From NCBI GenBank assembly GCA_000320545.1, contig ADNK01000127.1, positions 1 to 57,917 on the forward strand: 57,917 nt of DNA. The letters run 5' to 3'. Under the pieces are notes generated by a model. The model saw nothing but the letters and a program-made list of their open reading frames with translations, was not told the origin of the DNA and did not search any database. Origin of the DNA: Bigelowiella natans CCMP2755 (taxonomy: Eukaryota; Protista; Cercozoa). Numbering within the stretch: position 1 is the stretch's first letter; the number at the start of each line of letters is the position of its first letter. Shown in pieces: positions 38,002 to 47,426 of this stretch. Both the position numbers and the translations under genes were made by a program.

Positions 38002-41000
38002 TTAAAACATTCCACTATTATTGAAAAGTGGACTATCAGTTAATTTGTTTATTAATTGATAACCTGGAATTGTTAGGTCAATACCATTGTTATTACCATT
38101 AGAAGGATTATTATTACCACCAAATTGTGTAAGGGTTCTACAAGCAAATTCTCCCTGAACTAGACAATCTCTATATTTATTCCAATTTGCTATGTATGGT
38201 CTTGTTCCATTTTCCACAGGACCTTCCAATCGTATGGATTTGTAATCAGGGTTTGAAATTCCATCATCCCCAAAGTTTGAACCTCTAAAGATGAAATCAT
38301 TGATACGAATTTGAGGGAAATTATATTCACCTGATAATACTATATCCAATTGAGTTCTTAAAATATCTATTTGGTCTTTCAAATAATTATTTTGGGTTTC
38401 TAATTGCTGTAGTTTGTTGGATAATAAAACACCATTTTTCATCTTGATTTCTCCATTAAATGTAGTCTCACCACCTATTTTTACATTGTTCATATGTGTA
38501 TCACCTGTAAAGTGAATACCATCACTATTTGATAAAATACGATTCGTATAATCTGTGCCTGGTTGGTGAACAAAATCAATGTAGCAGGTGCCAGAAACCA
38601 TTTCTATTGAAGAAGCATTATTAATGTCTTTTCCTAAATAAATACCATCACTTTGTGGTTGAGTGGTGCTTCTTAAACCATTCACAAAAATTGAACTTGA
38701 AAACTGATGTTCATTAGGATTAGATGATAAAGTTATTGGATTTAATTTCGTTTCTAGCACAGACACTTGTGTCATAAGTTCGGTTGTTTTTGTTCCCATA
38801 TCTACAATCTTCTTTTCGTATCCAAATAATTCTAACTCGTTGATGGACCAGTAATTAAATTGCTCTATCTTTTTAACAATCCAGCGATAGTGTTTGTAGA
38901 AATTGGTCGTTTGAATGGTTTTATCAATATAAACCCTACCATTCACTGATGTTCCTTGAACTGAAGTTGTTTGAATTGTATTTATGGTTGATAATGGAAC
39001 TTTGCTTTTAAAATCGGTAATGCTAGTAGTTATTGGGAAATGAACAAATGTATCGCCTACTATCCTTTCGGTGGTAAAGCTATAATCCTGGATGTGTTCC
39101 CAAGTTGAATTGTTGTTAGAACCAATCAATACAATTTCCTGTGGTTGACTACTAAAGTCATTCAATTGATTAAATAATATCCACCTGGATATTTGAACTG
39201 GTAGGGTAAAATTCGCTTGGAAATATTCACCGCTTTCTGTAATGCTCGTTCCATTTTTCGTGTAAACTGTTGAGGTGCTACCTATGTAATCATCACCTGA
39301 ATTTTGATAAACATCTGTTCCAAAAGCACTATTAGGGTCAGGTTGCCTCACAATAAGTCGTTCAAATACATCAACATTTTTATTATATAGTATATCAGGA
39401 GTGGAAGGAACATTATTTTGGGTTAAATCCACATAATTACTCAATTCTGCGGTGTATGGTAAATTCTCTAGCAATCCAACCACATTTTTCAGGGTCAGTT
39501 TTTCAAATGTTGATTCATTTCCTGTGATTACCAAACCATTCGTAGTATCATTTGTTATTTTATTTGACAGATTATAATCGCTTAATGTGGTGAGTTTCTT
39601 TTCAAATTTAGATTTGGTGCTAAAGGTTAATCCATTTATGCTATCGCTTGTAATCCCACTTATGCTGTTGTTCGTTCCAGTGGAAGGATTAAATATGCTT
39701 CCATTCAGGTAGAGGTTGGTGAATTTACCATCTACTCCTTCAATCTGTTTCGCTTTTATCTTGGTATCACTTGCTGATGAGAGAATGATAGTTGATGGTA
39801 AAGAGTTTTTATTTATCTGTATGGTTTCATCGTTTAAGGTGTAGGATATGGAAGGACTTTGAGTTGTTGTAAATTCAAGACCTTTAATATTTTCTATAGT
39901 GTTGTGATTCAAACTAAGGTTCCTATTCATATGGACACTTTTCGTATCAACAAATAATGGGGCAGAATTGTTTGTATCGCTAATGAGGTTGTCAGCATTC
40001 GCTGTCGTTGTGTTATTGGTGGTGGTTGTCAGGTTATTTAAATCAAACGATTTATATGTTCCGTCAGTCTGCTTTTGCGATATAGTTTCAACATTTATGC
40101 TCTTGGTTGTGAGATTATTGGTGTTAATTATATTATCACTCTGTAATTTTTTAGAGATGACATCCCCATTTGTTTTTAATTGGATGTTCGTAGTCCCTGT
40201 AGTTGAACCTGTTGGTAATTCATTCACAAGAAAGTCCTTGTTAGTGATATTAATGTTCGTAGGATTGATAGTGAAATGGTCTATTTTCGTGCCTATATTA
40301 TTAATATTGGTTGTATTGCTACCAATGTTGGTTGTATTATTGCTCATAGTAGTGGTATTGTTGGTAATGTTAGCTGTGTTTGTGGCTACATCAGTTTTAA
40401 TGGTGTTTATCCCACTTTCATTCGTAGCTATTCGGTTAGTATTGGAAGTGATATTGCTTGTATTGGTGTTAGTTCTTGTGCTGTTGGACTGAATAGAAAC
40501 ATTATGTCCGTTTATTGAACTCTCGTTGTTAATAATCCTATTGGTATTCTGTGTTATTCTATCCCTGTTGTTAGCAATATCATTATCATTGGAAATTCTT
40601 TGAACCAAGTTCTCGTTGATTTTGGTCGTGTTATTAGCAATGTTGGTGGTATTCTCACTTATCTTTGTCAGTTGGGTCGCAAGATTACCACCATCCAGGT
40701 TAATACTTGTGAAATTCGCAGTATCTCCTGTAATAGTCTTACCAGCATTCAACTGAATGTTCTTACTAAAGTCTATTCTGTCATTCGTCGTAGTTGTTAT
40801 ACCATCTATCCCAGCTGAAATGTTGTTGTTGTTCGTTGTAAAGTTTTGATTGTTTAAGGTAAGTGAAGCAGATTTGATATTATCTTCAACTATTATGTTT
40901 TTCACCTTAATCGTATCTTGAACCTGTATTCCTTTCGCTTCTAATATTCCGTCGTTGTTTACATCCATTATCAATCTACCATCACTTAATCGTGTAAAAT

Positions 41001-41016
41001 AATTTGCCGCACTCAT
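38002..41016 (-). CDS. Putative virion fibre / receptor-binding protein (1004 aa)
   Basis: N-terminal IxxNTxx heptad coiled coil and Thr/Asn-rich beta repeats. Discoidin/F5-8-like segment (IVLIGSNNNSTWEHI..YKHYRWIV..INELELFG). Phage-fibre-like YIDF..DYTNRI motif and a C-terminal coiled coil. Confidence 0.7.
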   Translation of the reverse strand: MSAANYFTRLSDGRLIMDVNNDGILEAKGIQVQDTIKVKNIIVEDNIKSASLTLNNQNFTTNNNNISAGIDGITTTTNDRIDFSKNIQLNAGKTITGDTANFTSINLDGGNLATQLTKISENTTNIANNTTKINENLVQRISNDNDIANNRDRITQNTNRIINNESSINGHNVSIQSNSTRTNTNTSNITSNTNRIATNESGINTIKTDVATNTANITNNTTTMSNNTTNIGSNTTNINNIGTKIDHFTINPTNINITNKDFLVNELPTGSTTGTTNIQLKTNGDVISKKLQSDNIINTNNLTTKSINVETISQKQTDGTYKSFDLNNLTTTTNNTTTANADNLISDTNNSAPLFVDTKSVHMNRNLSLNHNTIENIKGLEFTTTQSPSISYTLNDETIQINKNSLPSTIILSSASDTKIKAKQIEGVDGKFTNLYLNGSIFNPSTGTNNSISGITSDSINGLTFSTKSKFEKKLTTLSDYNLSNKITNDTTNGLVITGNESTFEKLTLKNVVGLLENLPYTAELSNYVDLTQNNVPSTPDILYNKNVDVFERLIVRQPDPNSAFGTDVYQNSGDDYIGSTSTVYTKNGTSITESGEYFQANFTLPVQISRWILFNQLNDFSSQPQEIVLIGSNNNSTWEHIQDYSFTTERIVGDTFVHFPITTSITDFKSKVPLSTINTIQTTSVQGTSVNGRVYIDKTIQTTNFYKHYRWIVKKIEQFNYWSINELELFGYEKKIVDMGTKTTELMTQVSVLETKLNPITLSSNPNEHQFSSSIFVNGLRSTTQPQSDGIYLGKDINNASSIEMVSGTCYIDFVHQPGTDYTNRILSNSDGIHFTGDTHMNNVKIGGETTFNGEIKMKNGVLLSNKLQQLETQNNYLKDQIDILRTQLDIVLSGEYNFPQIRINDFIFRGSNFGDDGISNPDYKSIRLEGPVENGTRPYIANWNKYRDCLVQGEFACRTLTQFGGNNNPSNGNNNGIDLTIPGYQLINKLTDSPLFNNSGMF

Positions 41017-41070
41017 ATATATATTTAATATAGTTTAGATAAAAAAATATTAAATATATATTTATTCCAG

Positions 41071-41112
41071 ATTTCAATTTCAACACCTTTGAGGGTGTTG
41101 AAAGGGTTGAAT
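41071..41112. repeat. 42-bp hybrid palindromic site right of the fibre gene (B-core-A')
   Basis: ATTTCAATTTCAACACCTT-TGAGGGTGTTG-AAAGGGTTGAAT. Both arms are exact reverse complements of the arms at 37949-37990. Confidence 0.85.
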
Positions 41113-41152
41113 ATCAATATTGGATTAAATATATAAATACACATAATTAAAT

Positions 41153-41758
41153 TTAACTTTGAATGAAATTTCCTGATACTTCAAATTGAACTCCTGCCTT
41201 GATTCTCACAACTGGATTAGAAGGGTCGGTTTCATCAATTTCTAAATACTCTTCAATCTTGCTTAATCTTGGTAAAGTGTTGCTTAAATCCGCATTGTGA
41301 GCATCAATTCTTGCCTGGATTTTTGCTTCAATGTCAGTATTAACAGTTGCTTGTGCTGCTTCAACGGCATCTAATCTGGCACTATCGTTTGTATGTAATC
41401 CATCTAATCTGGAAATCTCACCATCCACAAAGGTATTTCTTGTGTTGTGAGCATTTTCTAAGGATAATCTCGCACTGGTTTCAGTAGCGAGTTTGCCTTC
41501 AATGTCAGTTTTATTGTCATCAATTTCTTGCTGTAAATTTGTGATTGCATTTGTAGTAGCAGTATTAGCATTATCTATCTGTGTTTGTAATCCTGCTCTT
41601 GCTGTAGCATTAGCAGTCTCGCTGTCATTATAAGTTGTTATGTGAGCATTTAAAGAATTTAACACAGCGGTCTTCTCTGTATCAATCCTTGTGATGGTCA
41701 AACCTGTAAGTGCTCCATCTATTAATACGGTATTTCTAAAATGTGCAGTGGCGGACAT
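41153..41758 (-). CDS. Coiled-coil fibre-like structural protein (201 aa)
   Basis: Heptad repeats (ETSARLSLE, EISRLDGL) and an upstream TCTA motif. Confidence 0.65.
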   Translation of the reverse strand: MSATAHFRNTVLIDGALTGLTITRIDTEKTAVLNSLNAHITTYNDSETANATARAGLQTQIDNANTATTNAITNLQQEIDDNKTDIEGKLATETSARLSLENAHNTRNTFVDGEISRLDGLHTNDSARLDAVEAAQATVNTDIEAKIQARIDAHNADLSNTLPRLSKIEEYLEIDETDPSNPVVRIKAGVQFEVSGNFIQS

Positions 41759-41797
41759 TATATAACATAGTTTAGAAAATAATTATTTTTAAAGATT

Positions 41798-42127
41798 TTA
41801 TCCCTGCTCTAAGTTGCCTGTGACCTTCAAATCATAAGCGGTCGTTATGCTCTTGTTTGTATGGTCTATCTGTAGTGCTTGTAGTATTTGATTTATTGTA
41901 TCCAGCACATCCGCTTTGAACGATATAATATCGTTCTTTATCGCATTTATTTCGCTCTTTATATCACCTACTTCATTTTGTAGACTTGTGATTTCAGGTG
42001 CTTGTAATTGGTCATTTACTTTAATTTTATCACATTCAATATCATCTAAATCAAAGTCAACATTGCCGACATTAAACTCTACTGCCTTAGTAGTCCTATC
42101 AACATTTAAATAGTTCGCAAAACTCAT
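41798..42127 (-). CDS. Short coiled-coil structural-type protein (109 aa)
   Basis: Heptads ITSLQNEVGDIKSEINAIKNDI. N- and C-terminal motifs are shared with the neighbouring fibre genes. Confidence 0.6.
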   Translation of the reverse strand: MSFANYLNVDRTTKAVEFNVGNVDFDLDDIECDKIKVNDQLQAPEITSLQNEVGDIKSEINAIKNDIISFKADVLDTINQILQALQIDHTNKSITTAYDLKVTGNLEQG

Positions 42128-42215
42128 ATTTATTATAATATACTATATAATTTATTTGAAAAGAAAAAACATTATATTTATTGAGTAATAATTATAATAT
42201 TTTTTTTAATAACAA

Positions 42216-43406
42216 TTAATTCATTTGTATAAGCATACTTTTCTCCACTTTAAAGTGTTTAGGAAGTTCCTCCTCTTTCCATTTCCCAAGTTCATCACTA
42301 ATTTCAAAATGTATTGCTTTGCTTCTTGCTATCACTAAACTATCGGTATGACTATACACAACATCATCTTTGTATTCATTTATCAAACCAACCATATAGG
42401 TTCTCACATAAGAGGTAAGAAATGGTGCTATTCTACAGGCATAGTATTTAAAATACTTCTTTTCTTCTTCAAATTTAGTCAAGGATAATATCGTATATCC
42501 ATCAGGTCCTATTTTGTATGTAGGGGTTTCATTACTTTCTCGGTCATCAATTTCTATCACTTGCTTTGTGTTGACCTTTCTTCTTAATTTGGTTTGGAAT
42601 ATACCCCACAGTTTATTCATTGTTAGTTTTACTAAATCTTGAGATTTTGAATGAGGTAATAATCTGTGAAAGAATTTACCAAAGAGCTTTATGGACTTTA
42701 ATTTCTCTTTGTAATACAGATAATTGGTGTCCAATAGGTTCAATTTCAATCCTAATTCTTTTGCTTGTTTTAGTTCAAGATGAGTATAAATATTGTGTTT
42801 GTTGTATTTAAAAAATATATCATCATCTTTGCTTATTTCAACACAATACAGACCATAATTGAATTTGTAATACTTATCAACTTGTTCCTGTGTTATGGTT
42901 CTTGTCATAGGTGTCCCTAAAGGAATAGTGAAATAATTACTACATAGCACGGATGTGTATTTTTTATTCAAATCCAATTTGATATAGTCTTTGTTTTGAT
43001 ATTCTCCATCCACACTATATCGTATTCCACCTCTACTTGCTTTGTATACCCATTCTTCTTCCATTTCTGTAGTCCTTCCAAACTCTACCTCCTGTGGTCT
43101 AAACTGATTCCAAATGTATAAACTCATCTCTGTATCATCGTAGTTGCTTCGTTTGTAGTCATAACCTGTGATTGCTTTGAACTGATAAAAATCGTTCATT
43201 TTCTTTCCATATTCTTCAATCACATTGCTGTTCTTGGATGGTTTAAGAACATATAAATTATACCCTTCCAGTGTTTTGCTTCGTAATATGTTCTCACCAT
43301 CTACAGTTAAATGGTATTCTTTCTCATCTCTGTTGTAATGGTAGACACCAAAGGTTTTTCGGTTGTAATTGGTAGCACATCTGTATTTCTTTTTTTTCGG
43401 CAACAT
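42216..43406 (-). CDS. Minimal family B DNA polymerase-like protein (396 aa, no recognisable exonuclease domain)
   Basis: SRGG; motif A DLNKKYTS; motif B KLTMNKLWG; motif C YSHTDS; ELGKWK. Confidence 0.78.
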   Translation of the reverse strand: MLPKKKKYRCATNYNRKTFGVYHYNRDEKEYHLTVDGENILRSKTLEGYNLYVLKPSKNSNVIEEYGKKMNDFYQFKAITGYDYKRSNYDDTEMSLYIWNQFRPQEVEFGRTTEMEEEWVYKASRGGIRYSVDGEYQNKDYIKLDLNKKYTSVLCSNYFTIPLGTPMTRTITQEQVDKYYKFNYGLYCVEISKDDDIFFKYNKHNIYTHLELKQAKELGLKLNLLDTNYLYYKEKLKSIKLFGKFFHRLLPHSKSQDLVKLTMNKLWGIFQTKLRRKVNTKQVIEIDDRESNETPTYKIGPDGYTILSLTKFEEEKKYFKYYACRIAPFLTSYVRTYMVGLINEYKDDVVYSHTDSLVIARSKAIHFEISDELGKWKEEELPKHFKVEKSMLIQMN

Positions 43407-43457
43407 ATATATTAATATATATATGAAAGAGTATTTCTTTAAATACTTTTTCGTATA

Positions 43458-43844
43458 TTATTTGAAATAATTAATAAGAACGGATTGTATAAAAAAATCG
43501 TCCCTATGAAGGTCTATACTACCGAACCCTTCCTGTCTGTTGCTTGGGTAGTGAACACCATCACCGAGTGTTGTTATTCTTCCTGATATTGGTATGTTGT
43601 ATTGTAAGATATAAACGACTTGGATTTCTGTATTATCGTTTATTTTCCCTCTGTTTTTCAGTTTGTTTATTTTCCTCGCGATGATTTCATTTGCTGTAGT
43701 AGCATCAGGGAGATACTTTTTACCTTCTTTTTTGAAGTCATACCTTCTTGTGTATAGGAATTTATTCCTTTTCTTTATATTTTGTTTTCTTTCCTTTGAT
43801 TTATTATCATATGCTTGAAACTTTAATCTAACTCTATTACTCAT
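43458..43844 (-). CDS. Hypothetical protein in the replication cluster (128 aa)
   Basis: ORF with its own TATTTAAAGA motif 25 nt upstream. Confidence 0.6.
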   Translation of the reverse strand: MSNRVRLKFQAYDNKSKERKQNIKKRNKFLYTRRYDFKKEGKKYLPDATTANEIIARKINKLKNRGKINDNTEIQVVYILQYNIPISGRITTLGDGVHYPSNRQEGFGSIDLHRDDFFIQSVLINYFK

Positions 43845-43883
43845 ATATTATATATATATAAGAGATAAATCTTTAAATATATA

Positions 43884-45407
43884 CTATACATTTATATCTA
43901 CCTCTTCTTCATCATCTTCTTTCTTTATTAATTTCTTAAAGTAGAACCTTCCTCTCACTTTACCAAAAAGAAATTTGTTTGCTAACATTTGCTTTTTGAA
44001 GTTGCTTTTAGATATGTAAACCGGAGACCAACTTTTAAAGTGTTTATAAATATCGTTGTATAAAATTCTATCTCTAACATCATCAGTAACATCGTAATTC
44101 TCTTCAATGAAATTTAAGGTGTGATTGTTATCGTTTAAATAATCGTTTGTGAATTTCAATACCTTTTCAGGAGGATTTAATTTCTCCATATCTACATGTT
44201 CTAACAATAGTTTGATGTATTCTCTACGATATTCTTTGTTGTTTCTGAACTTATCTTTGAGAGTGTAATCCCTTTTCTTTTCATATTTGTTGTTAGGGTC
44301 AGGTTTTTCTTTGAATTGAAAAGGGAATTGGATGTTTAAGAACCTTCGTTTAATGCTATCATCTACACTATCTAATTTAGGAGCATTATTACATAAGCAG
44401 AAGATGCTAAAATCAGCAAGGAATTCCACAGGAGTATCATACATCTCTCTACAACTAACTGTATCATTATCCGTAATCTTTTTGAGAAAACTTACATTGA
44501 AAGATAGTTCTTTATCGCCTTCATTTTCTTCAGGTTCATTGACGACAACCAATCGCTTATCCATACATTTATATAAATCACTATTAGGGGCATTCGCTTT
44601 GTATTTAGTTGTTAGGAACTGAGAAGAAACTATATTGCAATATTTAGAAGTTGCTACTTGATGAAGAGCAGTTAAAACACCTTTACCGTTCCCTCCACTG
44701 CCTAAAAACATAATTAGCAATCCAAACTTATTGTAAAAGAGACTGTTTGCTAATAATTTTAGCAGAAACAGAGCATCTTGTTGTGTTTCTTGTATGCCGA
44801 AAATGAAATCCAATATGTCCTTTCTCACCTCTTGTTTAATCGGTCTTCTGGGTTTAAGTTTGAATTTGATATAATTAGAAATAAAGTCTTTCTTTTCTAT
44901 ATCTCTATATTTCTTTGTTTCAAGGTCATACACACAATCTTTAAATGCTAATAGGTTCTTATTTTTATCTATTTTGTTCAATATGTCCTCATCATTGTAG
45001 TATTTCATTAGTTTAGCGATGATGTTCTTACTAAAGGCATTGCTTCCTACCTTTCTAAAATTCTTTAAATATTCTCCTCTATATCTCTTATCCTTTCCAA
45101 TCTTAGCAAACTCTGTTTTTAGGACATGCTGTAAGCATGTGGATATGTGGTTGTTTAGAAAGACCGGTGCCTCCTTTTTGTAGGATTTCACAATATTGTT
45201 CTTATCGTAGAAGAACCAAATCTTATGTTCCTGATTGTATATGTAAGCATCTTTGTTTAAATCATAAAATAGTTTTGCCCAACATTCGTCACTGTAAGTA
45301 GGCAACACATCGGTAAAAAATCTGTAATCAACAGTGATGACAGGTTTCCCATCAGGCACACTGATGCTGTTCGCATAGTCCAGAATAGCAGGATTAATAT
45401 TATCCAT
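43884..45407 (-). CDS. D5-like superfamily 3 helicase (D5_N + SF3 + C-terminal winged-helix-like region), no obvious primase domain
   Basis: NLLAFKDCVYDL (D5_N), Walker A GSGGNGKG, Walker B VVVNEPE, motif C CLCNN, Arg finger SIKRRF. Confidence 0.9.
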   Translation of the reverse strand: MDNINPAILDYANSISVPDGKPVITVDYRFFTDVLPTYSDECWAKLFYDLNKDAYIYNQEHKIWFFYDKNNIVKSYKKEAPVFLNNHISTCLQHVLKTEFAKIGKDKRYRGEYLKNFRKVGSNAFSKNIIAKLMKYYNDEDILNKIDKNKNLLAFKDCVYDLETKKYRDIEKKDFISNYIKFKLKPRRPIKQEVRKDILDFIFGIQETQQDALFLLKLLANSLFYNKFGLLIMFLGSGGNGKGVLTALHQVATSKYCNIVSSQFLTTKYKANAPNSDLYKCMDKRLVVVNEPEENEGDKELSFNVSFLKKITDNDTVSCREMYDTPVEFLADFSIFCLCNNAPKLDSVDDSIKRRFLNIQFPFQFKEKPDPNNKYEKKRDYTLKDKFRNNKEYRREYIKLLLEHVDMEKLNPPEKVLKFTNDYLNDNNHTLNFIEENYDVTDDVRDRILYNDIYKHFKSWSPVYISKSNFKKQMLANKFLFGKVRGRFYFKKLIKKEDDEEEVDINV

Positions 45408-45470
45408 ATATATATTATATTATATATTTTTATCTTTAAATAATAACGATTATTTCTAACCTTAATAATC

Positions 45471-45707
45471 TTATAACAAGTTACTAAAGGCAGTCAGCAA
45501 CTCTTTGTCAAGCAGTTTTAATTGTAAGTATATTTTTTTGTGCTTTCTAAACTTCTCAAGTTTCTCTTGAGTATCAATAATGCCTGAATACTTATGCTTA
45601 TAGTTTGCTAATACTCGCCTTTTGTTTAATTTGTCCTTATTGCGACGATAATATAGTTTTTGGTGGCGGAACATGTCTGTTTTCGCTATAGTATTTTTAT
45701 TGCTCAT
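45471..45707 (-). CDS. Small basic hypothetical protein (78 aa)
   Basis: YYRRNKDKLN basic helix; TATTTAAAGA motif upstream. Confidence 0.6.
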   Translation of the reverse strand: MSNKNTIAKTDMFRHQKLYYRRNKDKLNKRRVLANYKHKYSGIIDTQEKLEKFRKHKKIYLQLKLLDKELLTAFSNLL

Positions 45708-45866
45708 TAATATGATATATATATTAATATATCTTTAAATAGCATTCATATATAAGCGACCGCGAAATGCAAGTGCAGAGAGGCAGAAACAAGAGACTTT
45801 ATTAGCATATAACATTTGCAAAAAGCAGTCCTTGTCCATTTGTCAGTCGTCCTAATAAAAAGTAAA

Positions 45867-46727
45867 TCAAGTCGCATCTCCTGATACATATTCTACATCA
45901 TCTTCACTTTCATCACCTACTGCATCTTCTGGTATATATTCAAAATCATCTTCACTCTCATCACCTACCGCGAAGCATATTTTTTGATGCTTTTCTTCCT
46001 TTTCGCCTTCTTCAAACCTTGAAGCAAGGTTCTGCTTCACCAAAGGAGACCCAGTGAATGGGTTAGAAGCAGAAACATCCATCGTCTCAGTCTTGGAATT
46101 ACTACCAGGAAGTTTAAGTTTCGCATTCTCAAACTTGATAGGCGACTTGACTTTGTCAACATACAGAAGTTTCCGTTCCTCGTCAACTCGCACGATTTTC
46201 TTCGCGGATTTCACATATCCCTTGTCAGGATTCAGCAAATTCTTGTATATGATTTTATCTCCCTCTTTAAATGCAACTCCTTCAGCACTTGTTTTGGGTA
46301 GATGTTTCACAGCAGAACTCTTAAGTCTCGCATTCTCAAATTTAATCGGAGACTTAATATTCTCCACGAAAAGCAGTTTCCTCTCCTCATCCACACGAAC
46401 GACCTTTTTCGCGGTTTTTACCATACCCTTTTGAGGACTCACCAAGTTTTGGTAAATAACCTTATCGCCAACCTTGAACTCAACATTCCCATCGCTGTTC
46501 AAACGATTTGAAGGCAAACTTGGCACACACAGCAAATCTTCCATAGGGATACACCTATCAATGCTTTTGAACCTTGTAGTCGTGTAATCGCTCTTCTCAT
46601 ACGGAGTTTTCCAAGTGACATAGTCCTCCTTCTTGTCTACCACACCGTGTGCTTCCAGTACCCTTGTTTCACCATTTTTTTTGGTGAAAATAACAACAGC
46701 AGGGAATTGCTTGGGGAGGAGGGACAT
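45867..46727 (-). CDS. Cargo protein with a duplicated SH3/KOW-like domain and acidic tail
   Basis: Two ~57-aa repeats, FKVGDKVIY..VRVDEERKLLFV..KSPIKFENA and FKEGDKIIY..; VGDESEDD occurs twice. Likely ATG at 46727. Confidence 0.7.
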   Translation of the reverse strand: MSLLPKQFPAVVIFTKKNGETRVLEAHGVVDKKEDYVTWKTPYEKSDYTTTRFKSIDRCIPMEDLLCVPSLPSNRLNSDGNVEFKVGDKVIYQNLVSPQKGMVKTAKKVVRVDEERKLLFVENIKSPIKFENARLKSSAVKHLPKTSAEGVAFKEGDKIIYKNLLNPDKGYVKSAKKIVRVDEERKLLYVDKVKSPIKFENAKLKLPGSNSKTETMDVSASNPFTGSPLVKQNLASRFEEGEKEEKHQKICFAVGDESEDDFEYIPEDAVGDESEDDVEYVSGDAT

Positions 46728-46953
46728 AGTTGATTTATTAAGGCAACTGGCGACATAGGTCACCTAATTTGCTCCCCTACGACAAGGAATTGTGATAAAA
46801 AAAATAAATAAATGCCCTCGTAAAAGATGTGAGGAAAATGGCAGGATAGTAAGATAATACGACAAGCAGGGCGAAAACAAATCGCCTTCAATTAATACCA
46901 AGGGGTGTTATTAATAGGATTTTGGAAATACCCAATTGCAATGAGTCCAAATC

Positions 46954-47060
46954 TATTTTTAACCCATTGGAATGGGTTATTTTTAGACCCACTCCAATGG
47001 GAGTGGGTTATTTTTAGACCACTCCAATGGGAGTGGGTTATTTTTAGACCACTCCCATTG
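46954..47060. repeat. Tandem ~30-bp hairpin repeats (TATTTTTAGACCCACTCCAATGGGAGTGGGT)
   Basis: Two full and two partial units, each an internal near-palindrome. Confidence 0.85.
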
Positions 47061-47128
47061 AGATTGCCTTTTCGCTTCGGTAAATTCACATAATTTAAAT
47101 TCTAAAAATAGAAATATTTAAGTATACG

Positions 47129-47240
47129 GTTTCATACTCTAAAATGAAACCCCAAAAAGTTTCATACTCTAAAATGAAACCCTAAAAAGTTTCATACTCT
47201 AAAATGAAACCTCAAAAAGTTACATACTCTAAAATGAAAC
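47129..47240. repeat. Four tandem 30-bp units containing the GTTTCAT-N8-ATGAAAC inverted repeat
   Basis: GTTTCATACTCTAAAATGAAAC at 47129, 47159, 47189 and 47219 (last has one mismatch). Confidence 0.9.
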
Positions 47241-47426
47241 TACCATACGGTTATATTTTCGTGTTGCACCTTTCATTTTGTGGTGTTGCACGATTTTTAG
47301 TGAAGATAAACCCCCTGCAATTTTTAAATACTTTTATTATTTCCACAAGGGGCAAAAATGTTCTCAAAATGCCCTACAATTTTAATATGTTCATCAAAAG
47401 GCGACATACGGACCTTCATCCTTGCA

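Larger units (their letters stand above)
43436..45741 (-). promoter_or_regulatory. TATTTAAAGA upstream motif shared by the replication-cluster genes
   Basis: Copies at 43436, 43870, 45433 and 45732 (minus), also 33363, 49549 and 32477 (plus); all 22-29 nt before an ATG. Confidence 0.7.

Noticed and set aside
39968-40818. Hydrophobic plus-strand ORFs inside the fibre gene
   Set aside because: Antisense shadows of Asn/Thr-rich codons.
47129-47240. CRISPR-like repeats (GTTTCA...GAAAC ends)
   Set aside because: Intervening sequences are only 8 nt and nearly identical, and there are no cas genes. This is a tandem repeat.
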